DNA of 64,000 nucleotides from a virus. The position numbers and the translations under genes are program-made. Position 1 is the stretch's first letter, and each line of letters begins with the position of its first letter. The stretch is taken from IMG/VR virus record IMGVR_UViG_3300042482_000679; one strand, written 5' to 3'. Below, piece after piece: positions 20,116 through 29,844 of the stretch. The notes under the pieces are model-generated. The model worked only from the letters and a program-made list of their open reading frames with translations, did no database searches and had not been told where the DNA came from.

Positions 20116-20715
20116 ATGCCAATATCAGATAACCTAAAAACAATTTTTGTCCATATACCAAAAAACGCTGGTACTGCAATTACTAATAGTAAAATTGCAA
20201 GATTTTATATGGGTGGTCACGATTCGGCAAAAGAAATTAAAAATAAAGAACCTAAAAAATGGGACGAATATTTCAAATTTGCCGTCATTAGAAATCCTTG
20301 GGATAGGGTCGTTTCCAATTATGAGTATGCTCGTATGGAAAAAAGTTATTGGCACCACGTAAGTGACACGAATGTTGGCGCGGCTCATTTCGATTACCAT
20401 ACATTGAAAGATAAAACATTTGAGGAGTGTGTTAATATGTTGTATGAAGACAGGTCGTCTTTAAAACATCAAGGTTGGGCACCTCAATATGTGTGGATAT
20501 CTGATAATGAAAAAAATATTTTAGTTGATAAAGTTTTTTATCACGAAACTTTAGAAACTGATGAGGAGTTTAATAAGTTAATTCCTGATTTAGAAAAGGT
20601 AAACTTTAGTGATAGAAAAAGCAACAATTACAAAGATTATTATACTGAAGATTTGATACGTAAGGTGTCAGAGATTTATGAATATGATATAAATTTATTT
20701 AAATTCAAATACTAA
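20116..20715 (+). CDS. Sulfotransferase (Sulfotransfer_2-like)
   Basis: 5'-PSB FVHIPKNAGT and 3'-PB RNPWDRVVSNY; C-term YEYDINLFKF. Confidence 0.85.
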   Translation: MPISDNLKTIFVHIPKNAGTAITNSKIARFYMGGHDSAKEIKNKEPKKWDEYFKFAVIRNPWDRVVSNYEYARMEKSYWHHVSDTNVGAAHFDYHTLKDKTFEECVNMLYEDRSSLKHQGWAPQYVWISDNEKNILVDKVFYHETLETDEEFNKLIPDLEKVNFSDRKSNNYKDYYTEDLIRKVSEIYEYDINLFKFKY

Positions 20716-20718
20716 ATT

Positions 20719-21168
20719 ATGATTTATTGGTTTACAGGCCAGCCAGGCCACGGAAAAACGGTTTTATCTAACCATTTAAAAGGTTATTTAGAATCAAATT
20801 ACAAAAAAAATGTCATTCACATTGATGGTGATGACATTAGAGAAATCTTTCAGAATAAAGACTATTCAAGGGAAGGTAGAATTAAAAACATAACATTCGC
20901 ACAAAACTTGGCACATTTTTGTAGTCACAAAGGATTTGACGTTGTTGTTAGTGTTGTTGCACCATATAAAGAAGTTCGAGATTCTTTTAAGGAAAGAATG
21001 GGTGAAAATATGGTAGAATTATATGTACACACAACTGAGGAAAGAGGACGTGAAAATTACCACGTCGCAGATTACGAAGCACCAACTGAAAATTATGTTG
21101 ATGTTGATACAACAGATGAATCACCAGAAGGTTCATTGGTTTACATTATTAATGAATTAGATATATGA
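20719..21168 (+). CDS. cysC: Adenylylsulfate (APS) kinase
   Basis: WFTGQPGHGKT P-loop, IDGDDIR, YSREGRIKN, YEAP. Confidence 0.85.
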   Translation: MIYWFTGQPGHGKTVLSNHLKGYLESNYKKNVIHIDGDDIREIFQNKDYSREGRIKNITFAQNLAHFCSHKGFDVVVSVVAPYKEVRDSFKERMGENMVELYVHTTEERGRENYHVADYEAPTENYVDVDTTDESPEGSLVYIINELDI

Positions 21169-21506
21169 AGAAATTTAACACCTATTTTTGTGACATAGAT
21201 GGCACAATTTTTAAGTATAGAAAGTTTACTGATATACCAGTCACAAAACCTGAAGTAATAACATCAGTTGCTGAAAAATTAAATGAATGGTTTTATGAAG
21301 GTCATCATATTGTTTTAACTACCGCAAGACCTGAAAATTTGAGAAGCCACACTGAATTTGAATTAAAAGATAATAATATAAAATACAATCAATTGGTTAT
21401 GGGTATCGAAAGAGGTCCAAGATATCTAATAAATGATATGGACCCTGATAAAGAAGGTGAAAGAGCAATTGGTATAAACTTAAATAGAGATAAAGGATTT
21501 GAATAA
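21165..21506 (+). CDS. Small HAD-family phosphatase
   Basis: DIDGT, LTTAR, YNQLVMG, IND. Confidence 0.8.
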   Translation: MKKFNTYFCDIDGTIFKYRKFTDIPVTKPEVITSVAEKLNEWFYEGHHIVLTTARPENLRSHTEFELKDNNIKYNQLVMGIERGPRYLINDMDPDKEGERAIGINLNRDKGFE

Positions 21507-21507
21507 A

Positions 21508-21912
21508 ATGGAAAATTGGACTAAAAAAATTCACGTAGGGTCGTCCTTACCCGCTAAAGATGGACAATACGCAATGTTTGTTGGTAGATGGCAACCACTC
21601 CATCCTGGACACCAAGAACTTTTTAAACAAGCAATGGATGAAGGTAAGAATGTTTTAATTTGTATTAGAGACATTGCCCCTGACGAAAAAAATCCATTTG
21701 CTGCCGAAGAGGTTAGACAAAATATTATGGAACATTACTCAAATGAATGTGAGGAAGGAAAGGTAAAAGTTATGGTTATTCCAGATATCTGCTCAATAGA
21801 ATTTGGAAGAGGAGTTGGTTACGATATTATTGAGCGTATACCACCACAGCAAATTGCAGATATTTCAGCAACTAAAATTCGTGAACAAATGAAAAAAGAA
21901 GGTAAATTATGA
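21508..21912 (+). CDS. HxGH cytidylyltransferase-like nucleotidyltransferase (possible minimal ATP sulfurylase)
   Basis: GRWQPLHPGH and ISATKIR; ATG at 21508. Confidence 0.75.
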   Translation: MENWTKKIHVGSSLPAKDGQYAMFVGRWQPLHPGHQELFKQAMDEGKNVLICIRDIAPDEKNPFAAEEVRQNIMEHYSNECEEGKVKVMVIPDICSIEFGRGVGYDIIERIPPQQIADISATKIREQMKKEGKL

Positions 21913-22142
21913 TTGATGTAAAAATTAGATACAATACGGTTTGTGATGATAATCACATGTATTGGAGAATTTTAATAAACGGTGTTGAACATACTTGTTC
22001 AAATATCTTAATAGAAACACCCATGCACACAACTATTGATACGGTGTATGACCCATCAAGAGAAAAAATGGTAACAAAACACCATATCTCTTGTATGGCA
22101 TCTGAAGTTATTTGGAAGGGTGATGTTGTAATTGTTAAGTAA
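21909..22142 (+). CDS. Hypothetical protein
   Basis: Overlapping start/stop with both neighbours. Confidence 0.6.
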   Translation: MIDVKIRYNTVCDDNHMYWRILINGVEHTCSNILIETPMHTTIDTVYDPSREKMVTKHHISCMASEVIWKGDVVIVK

Positions 22143-22363
22143 TGGTAAACGTTAAAAGACATATTGGTAAAACTATAAGTTACCGTTTGATTGGGACACT
22201 TACAACAGTGTTAGTAGCATATTCTTTTGGAGCGGATATAAAATTAGCTTCCTTAATGGGTGTTGGTGAATTATTATTTAAACCAGTAATCTACTTTTTA
22301 CACGAAAGAGTTTGGTACAAATACATAAAATTTGGGTTGATAGAAAAAAAAGATGGAAATTAA
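22142..22363 (+). CDS. DUF2061-like small membrane protein
   Basis: RHIGKTISYR...YFLHERVW. Confidence 0.8.
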   Translation: MVNVKRHIGKTISYRLIGTLTTVLVAYSFGADIKLASLMGVGELLFKPVIYFLHERVWYKYIKFGLIEKKDGN

Positions 22364-22913
22364 AGATATACAACATTCTGAAAATTGGTTTAATTACCAA
22401 GAATTTTACAATGAAATTGCTAGTAAAAAATATGAAACTTTAGTTGAGTTAGGTACTTGGAAAGGTCACTCACTATCTTATTTGGCAAAAAAATTATTAG
22501 AACAAACTTACAAATTTGAACTATACGGAGTTGATTTATTTGATGATTCGTACATTCACACCAAAGAAGGAAACGAATATTTAACACCACAAATGAAATA
22601 TATTTATGATGTTTATAATCAAAATTTAATTGATGCCGGTGTTAGAGATGTTGTTAAAGACATTAAAGGTAATACTTGGGACGCCGCAGCTCAATTTGAA
22701 GATGGTAGTGTGGATTTTGTGTTTATTGATGCAGACCATAATTATGAGTCAGTAAAAAAAGACATTCTTTCTTGGTTACCAAAAATGAGAGAAGGTGGAA
22801 TTATGTCAGGTCACGATTATTGGAATCATACTTGTGGTGTTAAACAAGCAGTTGATGAACTTTTTCCTAATGTAATCATCGGTACAAATAACATTTGGAT
22901 GGTTAAATTTTAA
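22353..22913 (+). CDS. Class I SAM methyltransferase (Methyltransf_24-like)
   Basis: VELGTWKGHS, VFIDADHNY, GGIMSGHDY. Confidence 0.85.
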   Translation: MEIKDIQHSENWFNYQEFYNEIASKKYETLVELGTWKGHSLSYLAKKLLEQTYKFELYGVDLFDDSYIHTKEGNEYLTPQMKYIYDVYNQNLIDAGVRDVVKDIKGNTWDAAAQFEDGSVDFVFIDADHNYESVKKDILSWLPKMREGGIMSGHDYWNHTCGVKQAVDELFPNVIIGTNNIWMVKF

Positions 22914-22915
22914 TT

Positions 22916-23344
22916 ATGAAAAAAATTTCACATAGAGGTAATTTAAATGGTCGTATTCCTGAGAGAGAAAACTCACCTGATTATATTGTTGAGTCTTTAT
23001 CTCTTGGTTATAATTGTGAGATTGATGTTTGGGTGGTTAATGATGAATATTTTTTAGGTCACGACAAAGCTCAATACAAAATTGAGGAGACATTTTTAGA
23101 AAGCAATTTATTATGGTGTCACGCTAAAAATATTCAAGCTCTCGAAAAGATGTTAAAGAATAAAAAAATACATTGTTTTTGGCATCAAAATGATGATGTT
23201 ACTTTAACATCGAAAGGTTTTATTTGGACCTATCCAAATAAAGAATTAACAAAAAAATCAATCTGTGTTTTACCTGAACTAAATTCTTTTGATATGGGAG
23301 ATTGTTATGGGGTCTGTTCAGATTATATTCAACAATACAAATGA
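22916..23344 (+). CDS. Short GDPD/PLC-like phosphodiesterase
   Basis: ISHRGN, EN, EIDV, LGHD, WCHAKN. Confidence 0.7.
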   Translation: MKKISHRGNLNGRIPERENSPDYIVESLSLGYNCEIDVWVVNDEYFLGHDKAQYKIEETFLESNLLWCHAKNIQALEKMLKNKKIHCFWHQNDDVTLTSKGFIWTYPNKELTKKSICVLPELNSFDMGDCYGVCSDYIQQYK

Positions 23345-24702
23345 TAAAGTTAATAATTTTTGATTTGGATGGTGTATTAATAGATACAAAAAATATTCAT
23401 TTTGAATCATTAAATGACGCAATCGTAAAATATCAACCTGAATGTGTAATTCCTTGGGAAGAACATTTGGGTAAATTTGATGGGTTAAAAACAAATCAAA
23501 AGTTGGATATTTTAACTAAGGAAAAAAATCTTGATTCTAACCTGCATAATTTAATATGGTTAGAAAAACAAAAATTAACCATCGAGAAATTAACTGAAAC
23601 GGTTCCATCAAAACATATTGTCGAGTTATTTAAAAACTTATCTAAAGATGGGTATAAAATCGCCTGTTGCAGTAACTCAATTAGAAAGACGGTTTTAACT
23701 GTATTATCGAAACTTCAAATAATTGAGTTTTTCGATATTATCATATCAAATGAAGATGTGATTAATAGTAAACCACACCCTGAAATGTATTGGACTTGCA
23801 TTTCGAAAATGAAATGCTTACCGGAACAAACATTAATTATTGAGGACTCTCCATACGGGTTATTAGCAGCATCAAGGTCCCATTCAAAAATTATGAGAGT
23901 GTCATCACCAGATGAAGTTAATACAAAAAATGTATACAATAAATTAAGTGAGATTAATCATATTACAATGAAAAGCCCAAAGTGGTCAGACAAAAAATTA
24001 AATGTTCTTATACCTATGGCGGGTGCCGGTTCTCGTTTTGAAAAGGCCGGATATAGTTTTCCAAAACCCCTAATAGATGTTAAGGGTGAACCAATGATTA
24101 AGGTTGTAAGTGAAAACTTAAACCTTGATGCGAACTTTATTTACATAGTTCAAAAATCACACAGAGAAAAATACAATTTAGACACATTATTAAATTTAAT
24201 CAGTCCAAACTGTAAAATAGTTGAAGTTGACGGTGTTACGGAAGGTGCTGCGTGTACCACCCTTTTAGCCAAAGAATTCATCAATAATGACGATTCGTTA
24301 ATCCTTGCAAACTCAGACCAATTTATTGAGTGGGACTCTAACGAGTTTATGTATAAAATGAAAGAAACTGATGTTGATGGAGGTATTGTAACATTCGAAT
24401 CTACCCACCCAAAATGGTCTTTTGCAAAATTAAATGAATTTGGTTTTGTTAGTGAAGTTGCCGAAAAGAATCCAATTTCTGACATAGCAACTGTAGGAAT
24501 ATATTACTGGAAGAAAGGTTCTGATTATGTAAAATATGCAGAACAAATGATTAGTAAGAACGTAAGAGTTAATAATGAATTTTATGTGTGTCCTGTCTTT
24601 AATGAGGCAATACCTGACGGTAAAAAAGTGATAAATTACCGTATAGACAAAATGTGGGGTCTTGGGACACCGGAGGATTTAGTAACATACTTGAACAAGT
24701 AA
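23341..24702 (+). CDS. HAD phosphatase fused to sugar-phosphate nucleotidyltransferase
   Basis: FDLDGVL, KPHP, IEDS; then PMAGAGSRF, PKPLI, EK, LGTPEDL. Start set at ATG 23341 (ATGA overlap). Confidence 0.85.
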   Translation: MIKLIIFDLDGVLIDTKNIHFESLNDAIVKYQPECVIPWEEHLGKFDGLKTNQKLDILTKEKNLDSNLHNLIWLEKQKLTIEKLTETVPSKHIVELFKNLSKDGYKIACCSNSIRKTVLTVLSKLQIIEFFDIIISNEDVINSKPHPEMYWTCISKMKCLPEQTLIIEDSPYGLLAASRSHSKIMRVSSPDEVNTKNVYNKLSEINHITMKSPKWSDKKLNVLIPMAGAGSRFEKAGYSFPKPLIDVKGEPMIKVVSENLNLDANFIYIVQKSHREKYNLDTLLNLISPNCKIVEVDGVTEGAACTTLLAKEFINNDDSLILANSDQFIEWDSNEFMYKMKETDVDGGIVTFESTHPKWSFAKLNEFGFVSEVAEKNPISDIATVGIYYWKKGSDYVKYAEQMISKNVRVNNEFYVCPVFNEAIPDGKKVINYRIDKMWGLGTPEDLVTYLNK

Positions 24703-24739
24703 TTCTTTTTTTTAAAATAAAACCTTTTATATTTTTAAA

Positions 24740-25582
24740 ATGAAAAAAATATATTTTGCAAATACTTCTTGGGGAGACTCAGAATCATTAGTAAGAAACA
24801 TTATTGACCAAACCCCAAATAGTTTAGGTGTTTGGGAAGATGTTACATACACATTAAATAAATCAGAGTCGGATTTTATTATCGTGCAAGATGGGACCCC
24901 TGAGGATGTTGATGACTCCAAAGTAATTTATTTTGGTAGAGAACCTAAACACGTAACAGTTGCGTATTATGAATGGAAAAGAAATTCATATGGGAACTAT
25001 CATCACGAAGCAGGTAATTGTTGGTTACCATCGACTTGGTGGGTTAAACACCCATTTAATGAGTTGTTTGATTTAAACCCAACAAAGACTAAAAAACTAT
25101 CCGCAATAGATTCTGGTAGAATTATGACAGAATATCATCATTTTAGAAAAGAATTGGTTACAAAATTGATGACGAATTATTCACAAGATGTTGATGTTTA
25201 CGGACATATCAGACCAGGTCACGCCCTACCTCCTAGAGATAAAAAACAAGGTTTAATTGATTACAATTACAACTTAGTTATTGAAAACGGTAAAACTGAT
25301 TTTTATTTCAGTGAAAAATTTGTTGACCCAATTTTATTACTTACAATGCCAATTTATTCAGGTTGTAAACAAATTAGTAAGTTTTTTCCAAAAGGTAGTT
25401 ATATCGAATTTGATGATTCTAAAGGTATCGATTATGCAATTAGTCAAATACTTGAAATTGCAAATTCAAACTATAGAGAAGAAAATATTGAAAATCTAAA
25501 AGAAGCAAGACACTTAGTCCTAAACAAATATAATATTTGGCCAACAATAAAAATGGCGATTGACAATAAAAAAGTATTATAA
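24740..25582 (+). CDS. GT10 (alpha-1,3-fucosyltransferase-like) glycosyltransferase
   Basis: YNLVIEN...YFSEK..DP...PIYSG matches the GT10 motif. Confidence 0.75.
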   Translation: MKKIYFANTSWGDSESLVRNIIDQTPNSLGVWEDVTYTLNKSESDFIIVQDGTPEDVDDSKVIYFGREPKHVTVAYYEWKRNSYGNYHHEAGNCWLPSTWWVKHPFNELFDLNPTKTKKLSAIDSGRIMTEYHHFRKELVTKLMTNYSQDVDVYGHIRPGHALPPRDKKQGLIDYNYNLVIENGKTDFYFSEKFVDPILLLTMPIYSGCKQISKFFPKGSYIEFDDSKGIDYAISQILEIANSNYREENIENLKEARHLVLNKYNIWPTIKMAIDNKKVL

Positions 25583-25995
25583 TGGAAAAAATATATTCAA
25601 AAGTAGACCCATCTAAACTTCTTCATTTAATTGTTAGAAAAGATGACATCACTCCAGGAAGACAAGATGTAATCTCTGAAGAAAACTTTATCCAATGTTC
25701 AATCTTGAATATGGAGGAAGGTAAAACATTTAAACCACATAAACACATTTGGAAAGAAAGAACTCGTAATGTAATCGCCCAAGAAAGTTGGATTGTAATC
25801 CAAGGCTCTGTAAAATGTATTTTTTATGATATTGATGACACTATAATTGCCGAACCAATATTAAATGTGGGTGATGCCAGTTTCACTTTAGAAGGTGGAC
25901 ATAATTACTATATTTTGGAAGACAACACTTTGGTTTATGAATATAAAACAGGTCCATATGAAGGTCAAAAATTAGATAAAACATTTATTGAATAA
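25582..25995 (+). CDS. Cupin-fold protein (WbuC-like)
   Basis: PHKH...QE...GGH..E.KTGPY. Confidence 0.7.
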   Translation: MEKIYSKVDPSKLLHLIVRKDDITPGRQDVISEENFIQCSILNMEEGKTFKPHKHIWKERTRNVIAQESWIVIQGSVKCIFYDIDDTIIAEPILNVGDASFTLEGGHNYYILEDNTLVYEYKTGPYEGQKLDKTFIE

Positions 25996-25996
25996 T

Positions 25997-26533
25997 ATGA
26001 AATTACATCTTGGTTGCGGTAAAAGAGATTTTGGTCCTGAATGGATTCACATCGATGGGGCGGACTTCCCACACATTAAAAGTCACGATATTACAAAATT
26101 AGATTTTGAAGAAAATACAGTTGATTTAATTTATTCATCACACACTTTGGAATACTTTGATAGAATTGAAGTTATTGAGGTATTGAAAGAATGGTTAAGA
26201 GTTTTAAAACCAAATGGCGTTTTAAGATTGGCGGTTCCTGATTTTGAATCAATGGTTCATCTCTATATTGTTGGTGGTGAATTAGAATCATTTTTAGGCC
26301 CTCTATACGGTAGAATGGATATGGGTGACACCAAAATATATCATAGAACTTGTTATGACTTTAAATCATTAAAGACTTTGTTAGAAAACAATGGTTTTAC
26401 GGATGTATCAGTGTATGATTGGAGGGAGACTGAACATTCACACATTGATGACCATTCTCAAGCATATCTACCACATATGGATAAAGAACACGGAACTTTA
26501 ATTAGTTTAAACGTAGAATGTAAAAAAAAGTAA
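25997..26533 (+). CDS. Class I SAM methyltransferase (type 11-like)
   Basis: LHLGCG, SSHTLE, RVLKPNG.LRLAVPD. Confidence 0.85.
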   Translation: MKLHLGCGKRDFGPEWIHIDGADFPHIKSHDITKLDFEENTVDLIYSSHTLEYFDRIEVIEVLKEWLRVLKPNGVLRLAVPDFESMVHLYIVGGELESFLGPLYGRMDMGDTKIYHRTCYDFKSLKTLLENNGFTDVSVYDWRETEHSHIDDHSQAYLPHMDKEHGTLISLNVECKKK

Positions 26534-26534
26534 T

Positions 26535-27131
26535 ATGACACCAACATTTGAAATTGTTCAGGAATTTGAAAGTAAAGTTGCGGAGTTTTTTGGAGCACCG
26601 TTCGCAGTTGCTTTTGATAGTTGCACACACGGGATTGAAGTTGTTCTTAGATATTTGGAAACTAAAGAAATTTCAGTGCCAACAAGAACATACTTATCCA
26701 TCCCATTTTTAGCTAATAAATTAAACATTGGTTTAGAATGGAGAATCGAAGCTTGGCAAGATTACTACTACATTACAGACAGAGTAATTGATGCCGCTGT
26801 TTTATGGAAAAAAGATTCTTATATCCCAGATACATTTATGGGAATTAGTTTTCAATACCAAAAACACTTATCTTTAGGTAGAGGTGGGGTTATATTATTA
26901 GATAACGAACACGATAAAAATCAAATTAAAAAAATGTCATACGACGGTAGATTACCTATGATACCTTGGAGAGACCAAAACATCGACACTTTTGGTTATC
27001 ACTATTATATGACGCCAGAAACCGCAAAATTGGGTTTATCAAAACTAGAGGACGCAATCAACACAGAACCAAAAAAATGGGTGGTTACAGATTGGCCAGA
27101 TTTAACAGAAATGGATATTTTTAAAAAATGA
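26535..27131 (+). CDS. Short DegT/DnrJ-family PLP sugar aminotransferase-like protein
   Basis: FE..VAEFFG...AVA.DSCT, IDAA, SFQYQKHL..GRGG. Confidence 0.75.
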   Translation: MTPTFEIVQEFESKVAEFFGAPFAVAFDSCTHGIEVVLRYLETKEISVPTRTYLSIPFLANKLNIGLEWRIEAWQDYYYITDRVIDAAVLWKKDSYIPDTFMGISFQYQKHLSLGRGGVILLDNEHDKNQIKKMSYDGRLPMIPWRDQNIDTFGYHYYMTPETAKLGLSKLEDAINTEPKKWVVTDWPDLTEMDIFKK

Positions 27132-28108
27132 GTAAAGTAGCTTTTATAACAGGAATTAATGGTCAAGACGGTAGTTACTTGGCGGAACACTTATTAACTA
27201 TGGGTTATGAAGTTCACGGTATGGTTAGAAGAAATTCTATGTCCGAGAACCAAGATTCAAGAGTTTATCACTTAACAGACCAAATAACAACACATTATGG
27301 AGACTTATTGGATGAAAGTTCTATTGATAGAATTTTAGAAAAAGTAAGACCTGATGAAATTTATAACATTGGTGCACAAAGTCACGTAAGAATATCTTTT
27401 GATATGCCACAATTTACGGTTAAAACAAATGCTCTTGGTGTATTGAATGTTTTAGAGTCATACAGAAGAGTTGTACCAAACGCTAAATTTTATCAAGCGT
27501 CATCTTCTGAAATGTTTGGTAATAGTGTTGATGAGGATGGGTTTCAAAGAGAAACCACCCCGATGCATCCAGTATCACCTTATGGATGTTCAAAATTGTT
27601 TGGTTATTCTATCGTTAGAAACTATAGAAAGGCATACGGATTACACGCAACTAACGGAATATTATTTAATCACGAGTCACCAAGACGAGGTTCAAATTTT
27701 GTAACTAACAAAGTTGTTAAAACCGCAGTACAAATTAAACTTGGTCTTGAGAAAAAATTAGAATTAGGGAATTTAGACTCATACAGAGATTGGGGTCACT
27801 CAAAAGATTATGTTAAAGCAATGCATTTAATTATGAATCACGAAACACCTGAAGACTTTGTTGTATCAACAATGCAAACCCACTCTGTAAGAGATATGAC
27901 AAAATATGTTTTTGATAGTATGAATATGAACTATGAAGACTATGTAACACAAAATCCAATTTTCATCAGACCTGAAGAATTAAAATATCTTAAGGGAGAT
28001 TCTACAAAGGCTAGAACAATACTTGGTTGGAAACCTGAATATACATTTGAGTCAATGTTAGATGAAATGGTTGAATATTGGTATAACCATTTTTCAAAAC
28101 AACTATAA
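27128..28108 (+). CDS. gmd: GDP-mannose 4,6-dehydratase
   Basis: ITGINGQDGSYLA, AQSHV, QASSSEMFG, SPYGCSK, LFNHESPRRG, RDWGH. Confidence 0.95.
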   Translation: MSKVAFITGINGQDGSYLAEHLLTMGYEVHGMVRRNSMSENQDSRVYHLTDQITTHYGDLLDESSIDRILEKVRPDEIYNIGAQSHVRISFDMPQFTVKTNALGVLNVLESYRRVVPNAKFYQASSSEMFGNSVDEDGFQRETTPMHPVSPYGCSKLFGYSIVRNYRKAYGLHATNGILFNHESPRRGSNFVTNKVVKTAVQIKLGLEKKLELGNLDSYRDWGHSKDYVKAMHLIMNHETPEDFVVSTMQTHSVRDMTKYVFDSMNMNYEDYVTQNPIFIRPEELKYLKGDSTKARTILGWKPEYTFESMLDEMVEYWYNHFSKQL

Positions 28109-28245
28109 TGTCAGAAAAAAAACCAAAAAAACCGGAAAAACAAACCGAGGACAAACCATACATTTATGAAAGTCCTGATAAAGGAAAAACTATCTACAAA
28201 AGAAAATTAGGTGAATACCCGATTGAACGAGAACGTATAAAATAA
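28108..28245 (+). CDS. Small 45-aa phage protein (not in ORF track)
   Basis: MSEKKPKKPEKQTEDKPYIYESPDKGKTIYKRKLGEYPIERERIK; TAATG overlaps at both ends. Confidence 0.7.
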   Translation: MSEKKPKKPEKQTEDKPYIYESPDKGKTIYKRKLGEYPIERERIK

Positions 28246-28979
28246 TGAGGATGAAGAAAAAAACAAACAACCCAACACCAACTCCTGAGTATGGTGGTTC
28301 ACCAAGAACTAAAAAGGAACTGATTTCAACAATCATAAAAAGACAAACAAAAGAAAAATTTCTAAGTGAAAGTCAGAAGTTGTATTACGAAAAATTAAAA
28401 ACATCTGAAATCACAATTTGTTCGGGTCCTGCAGGTGTGGGTAAAAGTTACATAGCAATGAAAGCGGCTATTGACCTATTAGCTGACCCTAGTACACCTT
28501 ACGAAAAGATAATCATTGTTAGACCAGCGGTTGAAGCTGAAGAAAAACTGGGTTCTTTACCGGGTAATGTTGAAGAGAAACTTGACCCATATATCTTCCC
28601 AAGTTATTACCTTTTAAACAAAATTATCGGTAAAGACGCACGTGAAAAATTAAAAGATATTGAAGCGATTGAAGTATTCGCATTGGCTTATATGAGAGGT
28701 ATGAATATTGACAACTCAATTCTAATCTTTGAAGAAGCTCAGAACGCAACCCCCAATCAAATGAAATTGCTTTTGACAAGAATTGGGTTTAACTCCAAAT
28801 TCTTTATCTCAGGTGACTTAGAACAAACTGACCGATACAAAGATAAAACACACTCAGGTTTGTGGGACGCGATGAAAAGATTCTCAGATTTAGATAACAT
28901 CGGAACTCACGAGTTCAAAGATACTGATGTTGTGAGAAATCCTTTGATTACCAAAATACTAAAAAGATACGAAGATTAA
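28245..28979 (+). CDS. phoH: PhoH-family ATPase
   Basis: GPAGVGKS, RPAVE, LGSLPG, YMRG, EEAQN, TRIG, GDLEQ. Confidence 0.95.
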   Translation: MRMKKKTNNPTPTPEYGGSPRTKKELISTIIKRQTKEKFLSESQKLYYEKLKTSEITICSGPAGVGKSYIAMKAAIDLLADPSTPYEKIIIVRPAVEAEEKLGSLPGNVEEKLDPYIFPSYYLLNKIIGKDAREKLKDIEAIEVFALAYMRGMNIDNSILIFEEAQNATPNQMKLLLTRIGFNSKFFISGDLEQTDRYKDKTHSGLWDAMKRFSDLDNIGTHEFKDTDVVRNPLITKILKRYED

Positions 28980-28980
28980 A

Positions 28981-29571
28981 ATGAGAATCGCAATTGATGT
29001 TAACGGAGTTCTTAGAGACACTCTTTTAAGAATTGAACAGGTCTATACTAAGTTCTATGTTGATAATCCATTTATCACTGATGAGGAAAAAGAACCTTAT
29101 GAAGTGTTATCACCCGTAGAAACTTTAGATATTTCAAAACACCTGAAATTCAAAGATGAGGATGAGGTTTATGACTTCTTGTATAGAGAACATACTATGG
29201 AAATATTTGGTCACGCTCCGTCCGTAGAAATGACATCATTTAACGACTTCAACGAGTTTTATACTGACCACAGAGATAATAACGAAATTATTATTGTATC
29301 TGATGAGATTGGTAAATCAAAACCCGCAACATTATTCTTCTTATCTAAGTTTGGATGTTTAGTAGAAAAGATAAAATTCTACTCAGAAATCACCACTAAT
29401 TCTATGTGGGATGAAATAGATGTTTTACTTACGGCTAATCCTAACTTATTATTAAATCACCCTACTGATAAAATTGTGATAAAATTCAACACTGTCTATA
29501 ATACAGATATTGATATAACACACAATATTAATACTATTAAAGAACTTAAAGAAATTATAGAAAAATTATGA
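28981..29571 (+). CDS. HAD-like (5'-nucleotidase-type) protein with degenerate motif I
   Basis: IAIDVNGVLRD (DxN in place of DxD). Confidence 0.55.
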   Translation: MRIAIDVNGVLRDTLLRIEQVYTKFYVDNPFITDEEKEPYEVLSPVETLDISKHLKFKDEDEVYDFLYREHTMEIFGHAPSVEMTSFNDFNEFYTDHRDNNEIIIVSDEIGKSKPATLFFLSKFGCLVEKIKFYSEITTNSMWDEIDVLLTANPNLLLNHPTDKIVIKFNTVYNTDIDITHNINTIKELKEIIEKL

Positions 29572-29843
29572 TAGAAGTATTTGGACAAAACTATTATGTG
29601 GATTTCGATAAAATCGAATCATACATTGATACTATCGGTGACGAAAGTTTAAATCTTTCAGGTGGGACGGAAATGAAAATTAATGTTGTAAAATACGAGC
29701 TAATTAAATTAATGTTAGATGTTATTTTTAGTGAAATGGATATGGGAGACAATAAATTAGGACTTAAAAGTTCAGAAATATCCATACCATTTAGATTAGC
29801 ATTTAACTCATTATTAAACAAAAATATAATAAATCATTATTAA
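29568..29843 (+). CDS. Hypothetical protein
   Basis: ATGA overlap with upstream gene. Confidence 0.65.
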   Translation: MIEVFGQNYYVDFDKIESYIDTIGDESLNLSGGTEMKINVVKYELIKLMLDVIFSEMDMGDNKLGLKSSEISIPFRLAFNSLLNKNIINHY

Positions 29844-29844
29844 T

